Source: an archaeon
Lineage (GTDB): Archaea; Iainarchaeota; Iainarchaeia; Iainarchaeales; 0-14-0-20-34-12
NCBI GenBank assembly: GCA_038046645.1
Contig: JBBSVU010000010.1
Span: 1 to 49,524, forward strand
Direction of reading: 5' to 3'
Length of the DNA: 49,524 nucleotides
Below are positions 28,294 to 37,696 of the stretch, one piece after another. Every line of letters begins with the position of its first letter. Position 1 is the first letter of the stretch. The notes below the pieces were generated by a model, which ran no database searches, was not told the origin of the DNA, and saw nothing but the letters and a program-made list of their open reading frames with translations. Made by a program: the position numbers and the translations under genes.

Positions 28294-28803
28294 CTACTCT
28301 ATTTTTACACCAAATCTTTCTTTTGCAAATTGGATTCCTTCTTCCTTTGTTATCTTGTGTTTTTTTCCAATTGCTGTTGCAGTTTTCTTCCTGTTTTTCA
28401 CCCTATACCCTGGTCTTTTTACTGTTATTATGACATCAAATCCACGGGTCCCGATTTTTGGGTCATATCTTATGCCTTGCAATTCAATATGTTCCTGTAA
28501 TCCAAAACCGAAGTTTCCATAAGTATCAAAATTGCTTGCTAAAAGAGTGTTCCCTTTTGCATTCAATGCATTCTTAAGGAATTTTTCAGCATCTGCTTTT
28601 CTCAAGGTTGTTTTTAATCCAATCTCTAATCCAGGCCTTATCCCCCATGCTGGCTGCCTTATCTTGCATTTTGTTGCAATGCATTTCTTTCCAGTCATCT
28701 GTTTCATTATTTCCCGGCCTTTTTTCATGCCGTCTTCATCTGCGCCAAAGCCCATATTTACCGTAACCTTATCAATCACAATTCTTCTCATTGGATTATC
28801 CAT
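28294..28803 (-). CDS. rpl5: 50S ribosomal protein uL5
   Basis: NPMR, KTTLR, GNFGFG, YDPKIG. Confidence 0.97.
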   Translation of the reverse strand: MDNPMRRIVIDKVTVNMGFGADEDGMKKGREIMKQMTGKKCIATKCKIRQPAWGIRPGLEIGLKTTLRKADAEKFLKNALNAKGNTLLASNFDTYGNFGFGLQEHIELQGIRYDPKIGTRGFDVIITVKRPGYRVKNRKKTATAIGKKHKITKEEGIQFAKERFGVKIE

Positions 28804-28813
28804 TTTTCACACC

Positions 28814-29518
28814 TTAACCTTCAATGACTATAATGTTGCTTGCCAATGTTTCAATATTTTTGCCCTCACTTTCTATTGTTATTAATTTAGGCTTGTTTTG
28901 GCTTCCTGCCTTTATGCTTTTAATTATTCCCTGGTGGCCTGCGTGTGTGCCGCCCATTACATAAACATTTTTTCCTTCTTCTAATGGCAATTCCTTCAAA
29001 ACCTTATTGTCATTAAGTGAAATCTTTAAGCTGTCACCGTTGTTTAGTTTGGTTTTTTCAACTACCAGAGTTCGGCCATCTTGCGTTCCTATTACATATT
29101 TTCCGCCTTTCTTCACTGATTTGCTTTTCACTTTGCATATCTTTGTATTCGCTTCTTTTTTATCAATTTTTTTAACCATAAATCTTCCTTTGCTGTCTAA
29201 TTCTGTCCTGTATTTTTCATCAAGCCCTTCAATTTCAATAACATCAAATAATCCAACAGGATATTTCAAGTCAGACCTTATGTTTCCGCTTACTTTTAAT
29301 TTCCTTTCCTTTACTATGGCTCTTGCCTCTTTCTTGTTTCTTACTACCTTCATTACTTCCCTTAACATTGCAAGTAGGGGTATTGAATCTGATTTTGCAT
29401 TTGGCCCGGCCCTTGATTTTACTGCCCACTTAAATTTCTTCCTGTCAAACAACCTTTTTTTGCTTGAAGTAAGTGCCTTTTCCTTTCTGCTGTTTCCTTT
29501 ACTGGCCACTTTGCTCAC
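28814..29518 (-). CDS. rps4e: 30S ribosomal protein eS4
   Basis: YPVGLFDVI, DGRT, GGTHAG. Confidence 0.95.
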   Translation of the reverse strand: MSKVASKGNSRKEKALTSSKKRLFDRKKFKWAVKSRAGPNAKSDSIPLLAMLREVMKVVRNKKEARAIVKERKLKVSGNIRSDLKYPVGLFDVIEIEGLDEKYRTELDSKGRFMVKKIDKKEANTKICKVKSKSVKKGGKYVIGTQDGRTLVVEKTKLNNGDSLKISLNDNKVLKELPLEEGKNVYVMGGTHAGHQGIIKSIKAGSQNKPKLITIESEGKNIETLASNIIVIEG

Positions 29519-29885
29519 CCTTTGCTTTTTCCTTGCCTCTTTTTAAAGCGGCAATCCTTTTTTTGTCATCCAATATCAAATTAATAATAATCATGTTTGA
29601 TGCCCTTAATGGAATCTGCTTCTCAGTCCCAGATACCTTTTTTCTTGATATTCCCTCAACATAAGCTATCATCTTTCCACAGTCTATTTTTGTTACCTTT
29701 CCTGATTTTCCCTTAAAGTCTCCCCTTACTATCTTTACTTCATCGCCTTTTCTTATTGGGAATGACCTTTTTTTGTATTTTGCCCTTAATTCCTTGCTTA
29801 AATGCCCGGCGATCTGCTTTCTTTTTGCGTGCAAAGGTGCCTGATAAAATCTGGCCCTTTGTTTTCCTGGTTTGCTTGATATCAT
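29499..29885 (-). CDS. rpl24: 50S ribosomal protein uL24
   Basis: PGKQR, APLH, IRKGDEVKIVRG. Confidence 0.96.
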   Translation of the reverse strand: MISSKPGKQRARFYQAPLHAKRKQIAGHLSKELRAKYKKRSFPIRKGDEVKIVRGDFKGKSGKVTKIDCGKMIAYVEGISRKKVSGTEKQIPLRASNMIIINLILDDKKRIAALKRGKEKAKGEQSGQ

Positions 29886-29903
29886 TTATCTCACCAATAA
29901 AAA

Positions 29904-30302
29904 TCATGCTATCTGTGTTGCTAACCCTAATACTTTTGGGAATCTGTCCCCAACTTCTTTTGCAACATATCCTTTAACCTCTGTTGCCTTTGGCACTCCT
30001 TTATCATCAACCAATACAACAGCATTATCCTCGAATTTAACTGTTAACCCATTTGCCCTTCTTAGGCCCATCTTACTTCTAATTATTACGGCTCTTTCAA
30101 TTTTCTTTCTCATTTCAGGCTTACCTTTTTTTACAACAACGTTTACTAAATCGCCTATTCCTGCTTTAGGGCTCATTCTTTTTCTTGTTCTGTGGCCGAA
30201 TACGCTAATTATGTAAACCTCTTTGGCTCCTGAATTATCTGCGCATGTGCACATGCTTAGCCTTGTAAGCCCTCTTCCCTGCTTTACACTCATTGCCTTC
30301 AT
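29904..30302 (-). CDS. rpl14: 50S ribosomal protein uL14
   Basis: ADNSGAK, VKKGKPE, FEDNAV. Confidence 0.97.
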   Translation of the reverse strand: MKAMSVKQGRGLTRLSMCTCADNSGAKEVYIISVFGHRTRKRMSPKAGIGDLVNVVVKKGKPEMRKKIERAVIIRSKMGLRRANGLTVKFEDNAVVLVDDKGVPKATEVKGYVAKEVGDRFPKVLGLATQIA

Positions 30303-30709
30303 TTCTCTCTCCCCAATATTTTAGTTATCACAAAATTTTTGGTTTTGCTTAACTTTCTTGTTTCGCCGATTTCGACAATATCTCCTACTTTGGCATTTAT
30401 GCAAAGCGGATTATGAACATTCAACCTTGACCTTACTTTTTTATACCTTTCAAATTTTTTGACATATTTTGTCAGGGACCTTATTACAATAGCATTCTTT
30501 GGAACCTTTGCACTTATCACAGTTGCTTCAAGCACATTTCCCCTGACACTCACAGTCCCGTGGTAGGGGCATTTTTTATCGCCGCAATCCTTTAATTCTA
30601 TCTGTGCCGCTGTTTTTTCCTTGTGCTCTTCCTTATTTATTTCTATTTCCTTTTCAAGGGATTTTGGTTTTTTTTCAGCAACCTTCTTTTTCTTATGTGC
30701 ACTTTCCAT
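30299..30709 (-). CDS. rps17: 30S ribosomal protein uS17
   Basis: DKKCPYHG..VRG, ETRKLSKTK. Confidence 0.96.
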   Translation of the reverse strand: MESAHKKKKVAEKKPKSLEKEIEINKEEHKEKTAAQIELKDCGDKKCPYHGTVSVRGNVLEATVISAKVPKNAIVIRSLTKYVKKFERYKKVRSRLNVHNPLCINAKVGDIVEIGETRKLSKTKNFVITKILGREK

Positions 30710-31001
30710 GATGTTTCCTCCAGAATTGTTTTATTCGGTCTTCTGGCTTTGATTTTAATAAAATACCTTCAATATCAATCTTTTCCTTGTTCGGCAATTC
30801 CAATTCCAAGGAAACTTCTTTCTTCGGAATTGTTTTTAAGGAACTGTTTGTTTCAAGAATTATTGTGTTTTCTGTTTCATCCACAATCATTCCTTTCAAA
30901 CCATCCTTTTTTTTATCACCGCTTTTTATCCTAACCTTCAAGCCTATTATTTCATGTGCTAGGATATTCTCCTTTTTAATCTCATAATTATGAATCATCA
31001 A
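30693..31001 (-). CDS. rnp1: Ribonuclease P protein component 1 (Rpp29)
   Basis: HEIIGL, GMIVDET, IPK, PEDRIK. Confidence 0.93.
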   Translation of the reverse strand: MMIHNYEIKKENILAHEIIGLKVRIKSGDKKKDGLKGMIVDETENTIILETNSSLKTIPKKEVSLELELPNKEKIDIEGILLKSKPEDRIKQFWRKHHGKCT

Positions 31002-31293
31002 TCATTCCTTCATTGTAACCTTCTTTTAGCAAAAATCCCTTTACCTTCCTTCTGTGCTCTCCCTGCAATTCAATAGTATTTTCTTTTATTGTTCCACCAC
31101 AGGCCAAGAATCTCTTAAGTTTTGTGGCTAATCCCTTCAATTCCTCCGTACTTCCCAATCCATATACCTTGGTTACAACCTTACCAAATCTTCTCCTGTC
31201 TATTCTTACTTTTATTATTTCAGTTTCCTTTGCAATCTGCCCACAGATGCAAAGTTCTTTGACTTGCCCGCATTTTGTGCAAAATTCACTCAT
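30988..31293 (-). CDS. sui1: Translation initiation factor aIF1 (SUI1)
   Basis: CTKCG..LCIC, RRFGKVVT, LACGGT, IELQGEH. Confidence 0.96.
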   Translation of the reverse strand: MSEFCTKCGQVKELCICGQIAKETEIIKVRIDRRRFGKVVTKVYGLGSTEELKGLATKLKRFLACGGTIKENTIELQGEHRRKVKGFLLKEGYNEGMIDDS

Positions 31294-31294
31294 T

Positions 31295-31681
31295 TTATTT
31301 TTTGACCCCTTTTTTCTTTTTTATTATTTTTTTAACAACATTTTTTTTCTTTTGTTTTTTCTCCTTCTTTGCTGCAACCTTTTCATGCCTGTGCAATTTG
31401 TGCACTTTAGGTTCAGCATGTTTCCTTGTTTTTTCCTTTATTTCCTTGTGCTCTTCTGTAATTTCTTTAGGAGTTTCAATTATTTCTCCGGAAAGTTTTT
31501 TCTGGTTTAATACAGTTAAAATCCTGGCAATATCCTTTCTTGTATTCCTTATCTTTGTTGGTTTTTCAGGTCTTGTGCCTGATGCAATTACTGCTCTTTC
31601 TTTGGATAATTCTATTTTAAGTGTCCTTAATTTAGCTTCTAATTCTAATGCTGACAATGTCCTTAATTCAGCTGCCTTCAT
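31295..31681 (-). CDS. rpl29: 50S ribosomal protein uL29 with long basic C-terminal tail
   Basis: ELR..IRNTRKDIARILTV. Confidence 0.94.
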   Translation of the reverse strand: MKAAELRTLSALELEAKLRTLKIELSKERAVIASGTRPEKPTKIRNTRKDIARILTVLNQKKLSGEIIETPKEITEEHKEIKEKTRKHAEPKVHKLHRHEKVAAKKEKKQKKKNVVKKIIKKKKGVKK

Positions 31682-32691
31682 TTCTCTTCAACCCTTTCTT
31701 CTTTTTTCTCTTCCGTCTTTTTAGCATGCTCTCCTTCTGCAATTTCTTTATGCTTAGCTTTCCATTCTTCTGTTTTTTCCTTGTGCTCTTCCGCAGGTTC
31801 TTTATTTTCTTTATGTTCGGCAGCTTTATGCTCAGCCTTCTTCTCGCCTTTTTTTTCATGCTTTACAAATTTCTTTTTCTCATCCCGCTCTTTTTCAGCA
31901 ACAGGTTCTGCTGCTTTTTCAGTATTCTCTTTTTTTTCTAAGGGTTTTTCTTCCATAACCTTTTCTACAGGCTTTTCTTCTATTGCTTTTTCTTCATTGG
32001 CCACAACAGCTTCTTCAATTTTATCGGCTATTTGTATTGCCGGTTTTACTTCAACAACATTTTTTGCTGCCTCGGCTTTAGCCTTTGATTTTTCAATTAT
32101 TTCTTTAATTGAAATCTTATCCGGGAATATTGTTCCAGGCCTTATAATCCTTAATTTTATCCCAATTGCCCCAGCTTTGGTATATGCTGTGCCTTTTGCA
32201 TAATCTACAAGTTCAGTTAAATGCCCTGCTTTTTTCATATATCCTTTTGAAATTCTGTGCTTCATTTTTCTTCCGCCCTTGCCTGTTAATTTTCCTTTCA
32301 GTACAAGGTCGATGCCCATTGCTCCTCTTCTTAAAGTATCTTCAGCTGTCCTGAATGCAACGCTTTTCCAGGCAAATCCCCTTTCAATCAATGCAATTAT
32401 CTTGTTTAAGGTAGCTTTAGCATTTAATTCTGGAACTTTAATTTCATTAATTTCCAATTGAGGATTTTCTATCTTGAATTTTTCCCCAATATTCTGTGTT
32501 AATTGTGCAATTGTTGATCCACCTTTTCCAATTGCCAATCCAGGCCTTGTAACATCTACAATAATTCTTGTTACTAACGGAGTCCTGTTTATGGCCATTC
32601 CACAAAACCCTGCTTTGTTCAATTCTTTCTTCAAGTAATCCTCAAGGTTTATTCTCTTTATTCCTTCCTGGATGAAAAACTTTTCAATCAT
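31678..32691 (-). CDS. rps3: 30S ribosomal protein uS3 with long Lys/Glu/His tail
   Basis: RPGLAIGKGG, PELNA, GAIGIKL. Confidence 0.96.
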   Translation of the reverse strand: MIEKFFIQEGIKRINLEDYLKKELNKAGFCGMAINRTPLVTRIIVDVTRPGLAIGKGGSTIAQLTQNIGEKFKIENPQLEINEIKVPELNAKATLNKIIALIERGFAWKSVAFRTAEDTLRRGAMGIDLVLKGKLTGKGGRKMKHRISKGYMKKAGHLTELVDYAKGTAYTKAGAIGIKLRIIRPGTIFPDKISIKEIIEKSKAKAEAAKNVVEVKPAIQIADKIEEAVVANEEKAIEEKPVEKVMEEKPLEKKENTEKAAEPVAEKERDEKKKFVKHEKKGEKKAEHKAAEHKENKEPAEEHKEKTEEWKAKHKEIAEGEHAKKTEEKKEERVEEK

Positions 32692-33173
32692 TGCTTCACC
32701 TTTTTAGTAGTAATTCCTGGGATTTCCTGTACAATTATTTCAATATGCGTAGATTTTCTTCTTCTTACCTTTCCGCCGATTTTTCCCTTTGTTTGCATGC
32801 TTTTCCTTCTAAATCCATATGCCGCGTGGCAATGTCTTATTACTAAAGCATCAGCATCAAGGCCTTTTTCCTCTGCGTTATTTTTTACATTTTCAATCAA
32901 TGAAAGCCAAGTCTTAGCCAAGAATACCGGATAACGGCCAGCCATTAATCCCTTGCCTTTCCTATGCCCTACTTCTTTATGATAGATTCTTAACGGCAAG
33001 CAGGCTTCCATATTTATTATCCTATTAAGTAAAGCCTCTGCTTTGCTTACTGGCCAGCCCCTTATTAGATGGCACAATTCAACCGAGAATTTTGTGCTTA
33101 TCGGGGCATTCTTTGCCATTGCCTTGGCAAATCTCTTTCCTCCCATCTGTGCTTGATAATTTTCCTTTACCAT
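32688..33173 (-). CDS. rpl22: 50S ribosomal protein uL22
   Basis: GHRKG, GRYP, NNAEEKGLD, THIEI. Confidence 0.95.
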   Translation of the reverse strand: MVKENYQAQMGGKRFAKAMAKNAPISTKFSVELCHLIRGWPVSKAEALLNRIINMEACLPLRIYHKEVGHRKGKGLMAGRYPVFLAKTWLSLIENVKNNAEEKGLDADALVIRHCHAAYGFRRKSMQTKGKIGGKVRRRKSTHIEIIVQEIPGITTKKVKQ

Positions 33174-33184
33174 AAATATTACCT

Positions 33185-33586
33185 TTACTTTCTTGTTGCG
33201 ATTGCAGTGCTTGATTTTGTTGCACCAATCCCTGCTTTTCCATGCCTTACCCTCTGCCTTGTCAAAGCGAATTCTCCTAAATAATGCCCTATCATTTCTT
33301 CATTTATTAAAACCGGGAAGAATTCCTTGCCGGTATAAACTCCGAATTGCAATCCAACCATATTTGGCATAATTGTAAAATCCCTTAGATGTGTCCTTAT
33401 GGCTTTAGGGGTTTTTCCTAATGCTAGAATTTTTTTATTATTCTCAATCCTTTCCAATACTTTTTTATTTAATCCTTTTAGGATTGTTTTCCTTTGCCTT
33501 GAAGGCATTAATTTCGCAATCTCTTCATTATTCATTGATTGCAACTCTTGCAAGGTTTTTCCTCTATATACAAATATCTTAGCCAT
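33185..33586 (-). CDS. rps19: 30S ribosomal protein uS19
   Basis: RTHLRD, MIGHYLGEFA, GIGATKSS. Confidence 0.97.
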   Translation of the reverse strand: MAKIFVYRGKTLQELQSMNNEEIAKLMPSRQRKTILKGLNKKVLERIENNKKILALGKTPKAIRTHLRDFTIMPNMVGLQFGVYTGKEFFPVLINEEMIGHYLGEFALTRQRVRHGKAGIGATKSSTAIATRK

Positions 33587-33590
33587 ATAA

Positions 33591-34310
33591 TCACTTCTTT
33601 CTTCTTCCTGTTCTCTTTGATGCTATTGCACCTACTTTTCTGCCTGGAGGTGCATTTCTTGAAGTACTTTTACTTCTTCCTGGGTGATGCTGAGCTCCAC
33701 CAAATGGATGGTCACAAGCATTCTTTGCTACTCCCCTGCATTGCCAATATTTTACGGTTTTAGCCCTTGCAGCATGATATGCTGTTCCTGCTTTAACCAA
33801 AGGTTTCTCTCTTCTTCCACCGGCTGCTGAACAACCTATTGTTGCTCGGCAATTTACCGGAACAATCATTGTTTTGCCTGACGGCAATTTTATAGTTGCA
33901 TATTTGTCATCTTTTGATTCAAGTAAAGCATAACTTCCTGCTGCCTTTACAACCTTTCCGCCGTCTCCAGCTTCTCTTTCAATATTAAATACAGGGCATC
34001 CTTCAGGCAAATATGATAATGGAACAATATTTCCAACAGTTACTTGATTTGTTGCCCCTGATACTATATCATCGCCAATAAATAATCCTTCAGGTGCTAT
34101 AACATAATTAATTATGCCATTCTCAAACAAAACCTTTGCTAGAATATTATTTCTTCCGCTCTCTTTAATCAAATCAACAATCTGGCCTTTTAATACAGGG
34201 TTTTCAATCATTACTTTTAGTGGGTAATATGAGGTAGCTTCCCCCTTTCTCTGGTTCCTGAAAGTAGGGCTTCCTTTTCCCCTTCTTTGGCTGTATAGAC
34301 TTTTACCCAT
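33591..34310 (-). CDS. rpl2: 50S ribosomal protein uL2
   Basis: QRRGKG, RGVAKNACDHPFGG, PPGRKVG. Confidence 0.97.
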   Translation of the reverse strand: MGKSLYSQRRGKGSPTFRNQRKGEATSYYPLKVMIENPVLKGQIVDLIKESGRNNILAKVLFENGIINYVIAPEGLFIGDDIVSGATNQVTVGNIVPLSYLPEGCPVFNIEREAGDGGKVVKAAGSYALLESKDDKYATIKLPSGKTMIVPVNCRATIGCSAAGGRREKPLVKAGTAYHAARAKTVKYWQCRGVAKNACDHPFGGAQHHPGRSKSTSRNAPPGRKVGAIASKRTGRRKK

Positions 34311-34321
34311 TTCACATCACA

Positions 34322-34606
34322 TTATATAATTCCTAATTTCACTGCGATATCATTTGCCTTGAATTTTTTATTGATCCTTACAAATGCTTTTTTCCTTCCC
34401 TTCATGTCATTTACTACATTTATCGAATCAATTTTAACATCATATAAATCTTCAATCGCTTCCCTAATTTCTTTTTTGGTAGATCTTTTATTCACTACAA
34501 ATACCAATTTATTTTCCTTTTCAATTGCATTTACTGATTTTTCTGTAATCAAAGGATGCAGTACAATATCATAGCTCTTTAAGTTAGTCAATCTTGTTTC
34601 AGCCAT
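34322..34606 (-). CDS. rpl23: 50S ribosomal protein uL23
   Basis: PLITEKS, NKLVFVV, KKAFV. Confidence 0.96.
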   Translation of the reverse strand: MAETRLTNLKSYDIVLHPLITEKSVNAIEKENKLVFVVNKRSTKKEIREAIEDLYDVKIDSINVVNDMKGRKKAFVRINKKFKANDIAVKLGII

Positions 34607-35411
34607 AGAGCTCACCCAATTTCATGAATGCGTCTTCGCTCCAAAGAACTAAGCGGCCTGCATGGGTCCCTGGTGCAAGCAATTCAGCATTTAATGAATC
34701 AACTGTGCAAATATCTACTCCCTCTAAATTTCTTGCTGCTTTATACACATTGCTTTTCTTTCCAGTGACAATCAAAAGGCTTATTTTATGCTTGTATTTC
34801 TTTCCCCTTAATTTTCCCTTTCCTGCCCTTAAATGCTTTTTATCCTTTGCATTCTCAACATCTGAATAAACATTTAATTTTTTCAGAACATCAACAACCT
34901 TTTTTGTTTTGTCTAAGTTCTCAAAGGTATTTTCGATAACCAAAGGCAATTCAATTTTGTCAGAAATTTTATGCCTTGCCAAAATAAGTTCTTTCTTTGC
35001 TGTTGAAGCAATTGCGCTTTTCACAGCCTTTTTTCGTTCCTTGTCATTTATTCTTTCAATAAGTATTTTTCCCACTTGTGGCGGATGAGCTTTTGGCCCT
35101 CCTACTGCCCTTGGCACACTTATAACCCTACCTTCAATTAAATGCCTTCTATTCTTCATTCTTGGCAATCTTGCTCTTTCAATATTAATTGTTCTTTCTT
35201 GAGTTGGCATATCTCTCATTCCTTCATATTCAACAGAAAAATCCCTTCCAGCATAAGGCTTTACCCCTTGCGGTTGTAAATTAGCTGTGTGGATTGCAAT
35301 TACTGCCCTTCTGATTAATTTATCATCGTATTTTTCATTGAAAACATTTGGAACATTTACTTGCTTCAAAACCTTGCCGTCAATAGCATAGACATTTGTT
35401 TTACTCTGCAA
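34599..35411 (-). CDS. rpl4: 50S ribosomal protein uL4
   Basis: GGPKAHPP, RAGKGKLRG, LAPGTHAGRL; TTG start after a GGTGA SD. Confidence 0.96.
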   Translation of the reverse strand: MQSKTNVYAIDGKVLKQVNVPNVFNEKYDDKLIRRAVIAIHTANLQPQGVKPYAGRDFSVEYEGMRDMPTQERTINIERARLPRMKNRRHLIEGRVISVPRAVGGPKAHPPQVGKILIERINDKERKKAVKSAIASTAKKELILARHKISDKIELPLVIENTFENLDKTKKVVDVLKKLNVYSDVENAKDKKHLRAGKGKLRGKKYKHKISLLIVTGKKSNVYKAARNLEGVDICTVDSLNAELLAPGTHAGRLVLWSEDAFMKLGELYG

Positions 35412-36411
35412 GCAAACTCACCTTTTCAAATTCATAAGTAGGATTCCTTAATGGCCTTGTTGCAAACCTTATTGCTATTGGCCTTTTGGCTGCTCCGCCG
35501 ACAGATCCCTGCACTATTAAAAATTTGTTTTTTACCTTCCCATATCTCTTGAAGCTGTATGCGTTTAATTCTTCAGCATTTCCTATCACTAAGATTTTTT
35601 TGTTAAATTCAGTCCTTGTATGGTAGCCAACCTGCCCTGCCCTTGGTACAGTGAACATTACTGTTGCAGGATGCCATGGCCCTATTGAACCAATGCATCT
35701 AATATACTTTGATTTTGGCCTGTGTTTTTTGACACCATATCTTTTTACTACTCCGCCAAATCCTTTTCCTTTTGTTACTGCTTTAAAATCCAAAAATTCC
35801 TTTACCTTAAATACTTCATCAACTGAAATATCCTTCCCTAATTTCTCTTCAGCAAATTTTAATTGCTCTTCAACCGTTCCTTTTAATGATAATTCTACCA
35901 AATCAGGCTTTTTCTTAGGCATGCCTGTCAAGTATGGCTGGGTATGTGCAAGCAATCTCACTTCACATATTTCATCCATAAGTTTTCTGAAATCAACATC
36001 CTTCTTTTCTTCAACCTTTTTTTCTTCTTTATCTTTTCCTTTCTTTTCAACTTTTTTATGTTTGTGAATATGCAATTTTCTTGCTAGATGTTTGTCCAAA
36101 TTAGGGGCCCATTTTTCTGCCAGTGTTTCTCTTCCGCCCTGTATCTTTTTGTAAGCCCTGATTCCAAATACTTTAAGGTTAGGAACTTCAATTACTGTTG
36201 CGGGAATTACCGCTTCCTGATTTGCAATAACCGAGCCTTTTCTTAGGTCTATTCCATAAACCTGTAGCATTCCAGCTTTATATCCCAAAAAGTTTTTTAT
36301 AGTAGAATCAGTCTTTCCTTTAAATTTGTGGAAATGTGCTACGTGATGCTTTGCCCTTACTCTTGGATAATACTGTAAGGAACCAGCCCTTGGTTTACTT
36401 TTTTTAGCCAT
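35401..36411 (-). CDS. rpl3: 50S ribosomal protein uL3
   Basis: GSLQYYPR, GYKAGM, TKGKGFGG, GPWHP, AGQVGYHTRT. Confidence 0.97.
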   Translation of the reverse strand: MAKKSKPRAGSLQYYPRVRAKHHVAHFHKFKGKTDSTIKNFLGYKAGMLQVYGIDLRKGSVIANQEAVIPATVIEVPNLKVFGIRAYKKIQGGRETLAEKWAPNLDKHLARKLHIHKHKKVEKKGKDKEEKKVEEKKDVDFRKLMDEICEVRLLAHTQPYLTGMPKKKPDLVELSLKGTVEEQLKFAEEKLGKDISVDEVFKVKEFLDFKAVTKGKGFGGVVKRYGVKKHRPKSKYIRCIGSIGPWHPATVMFTVPRAGQVGYHTRTEFNKKILVIGNAEELNAYSFKRYGKVKNKFLIVQGSVGGAAKRPIAIRFATRPLRNPTYEFEKVSLLAE

Positions 36412-36728
36412 TCAATTTTCACTCTTATTATTATTCTTTAATATAAGCGCGCAAATTTTAATATAAAAGCCAAATAAATCTTTTTGTAAAGTTACTTGCA
36501 GACATGCCTTGCATATCTTAGAAAGTACCACTCAAAAGGGATCTCTATTGTGGCATTTATACATCAGCGCATTTTGAATAAGGTACGAATCCACTAAATT
36601 TCCATTTTTAATATAATAAAATGGAAATTTACTGTCTGTCAAAAAAACAACATAGTTTTTCTGACATGCCGATATACAGTGTACCTAATTACATTATTCT
36701 AACTATGAAGCTTTTTAAACCTACCGTC

Positions 36729-36761
36729 TTTTCTTTTTCTCTTAAGAAGAGAAAAAGAAAA
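36729..36761. repeat. Perfect 15-bp inverted repeat (copy 2 of the hairpin at 18560)
   Basis: TTTTCTTTTTCTCTT-AAG-AAGAGAAAAAGAAAA. Confidence 0.7.
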
Positions 36762-37058
36762 TACAGGTTGTCAAAAGAAAAAGAGAAATAAAAAAAAGCT
36801 AGGTGCTACAAAAAGAACTACTAAAGTTAGGTGTTTCAAAAAGAAAAGAACTGTTTCCCAGCTAAAAAATGAAAGAAGCTTTGTTGCCCCAAAAAAGAAA
36901 GAAACTATATATAATTTCCTAAAGGAATTTTAAATAGCCTAAAGATTTATAGAAATTCCATAAGAAATTATATTTAGCATTAAGAAACTAATTATTTCTT
37001 AAGGAAAAATCATTCAAAATGTTGAAGCATTTCAATAGGTGCTGCTAGTTTTGAACTC

Positions 37059-37098
37059 TGTTCTATTTAAAAGAACAATTGTTAACATATTGTTAACA
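37059..37098 (+). promoter_or_regulatory. Putative promoter/operator of the MNT-HEPN operon
   Basis: TGTTCT-ATTTAAA-AGAACA palindrome around a TATA-like box, plus two TGTTAACA palindromes 11 bp apart. Confidence 0.5.
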
Positions 37099-37117
37099 AT
37101 ATTACTTTGGTGAAAAA

Positions 37118-37696
37118 ATGCTTGGAAGATTATTTCATTCGATGGCAAAGGCTAAGGTTTTTGGGATAGTGCTATTTCAAGACGGATTGCATCTTAGGGA
37201 AATTTCCAGGCTTGCGCATGTTTCCCCATCTGAAACTAAAAAGGAATTGGACAATCTGGTAAGCACAGGGGTATTAACTAAAGATAAAAAGGGGAACCAA
37301 ATTTTTTTCTATGTAAACAATGACTGCTCCTTTTTAACCGATTTAAAAAACCTGTATTTAAAGACTGAAGGCATATTTAAGCAGATAAAAGAGAAACTTT
37401 CTGAAGTTGGTGGGATTGAGTTTGCATTTATCTATGGCGGCACAGCATCTGGCAATTTTTCTCCAAAGGGGGACATTGATGTTATGGTAATCGGCAGTGT
37501 TGATGAGGGGAAGTTAACCCTGAAACTGTTTGAGTGCCAGAAAAAAATTAAAAGGGAAATAAATTTCGTTAACTGGTCAGAAAAGGATTTTTTGGCAAAG
37601 GTTAAGGAAAAGGGTTCATTTATACGTTCGCTGGTTGAAAATAAACGGCTTTGGCTTATAGGGGATAAAGATGGATTTGAAAGAATTGTTAAATAA
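37118..37696 (+). CDS. wHTH plus minimal nucleotidyltransferase (MNT) antitoxin
   Basis: N-terminal HLREISR wHTH; YGGTA..GDIDVMVIG NTase motif. Confidence 0.88.
   Translation: MLGRLFHSMAKAKVFGIVLFQDGLHLREISRLAHVSPSETKKELDNLVSTGVLTKDKKGNQIFFYVNNDCSFLTDLKNLYLKTEGIFKQIKEKLSEVGGIEFAFIYGGTASGNFSPKGDIDVMVIGSVDEGKLTLKLFECQKKIKREINFVNWSEKDFLAKVKEKGSFIRSLVENKRLWLIGDKDGFERIVK

Noticed and set aside
31668..31859. Alternative-frame basic ORF overlapping the uS3 tail (possible frameshift product)
   Set aside because: Expected by-product of the A-rich K/E codons; uS3 and uL29 frames are intact and coupled by ATGA
36412..36720. RNase P RNA or SRP RNA in the long intergenic regions (also 48830-49390)
   Set aside because: No GAGGAAAGUCC-like P4 motif or SRP helix-8 motif; too AT-rich
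36762..36905. Degenerate repeats as a CRISPR array
   Set aside because: Units are too divergent, A-rich and irregularly spaced
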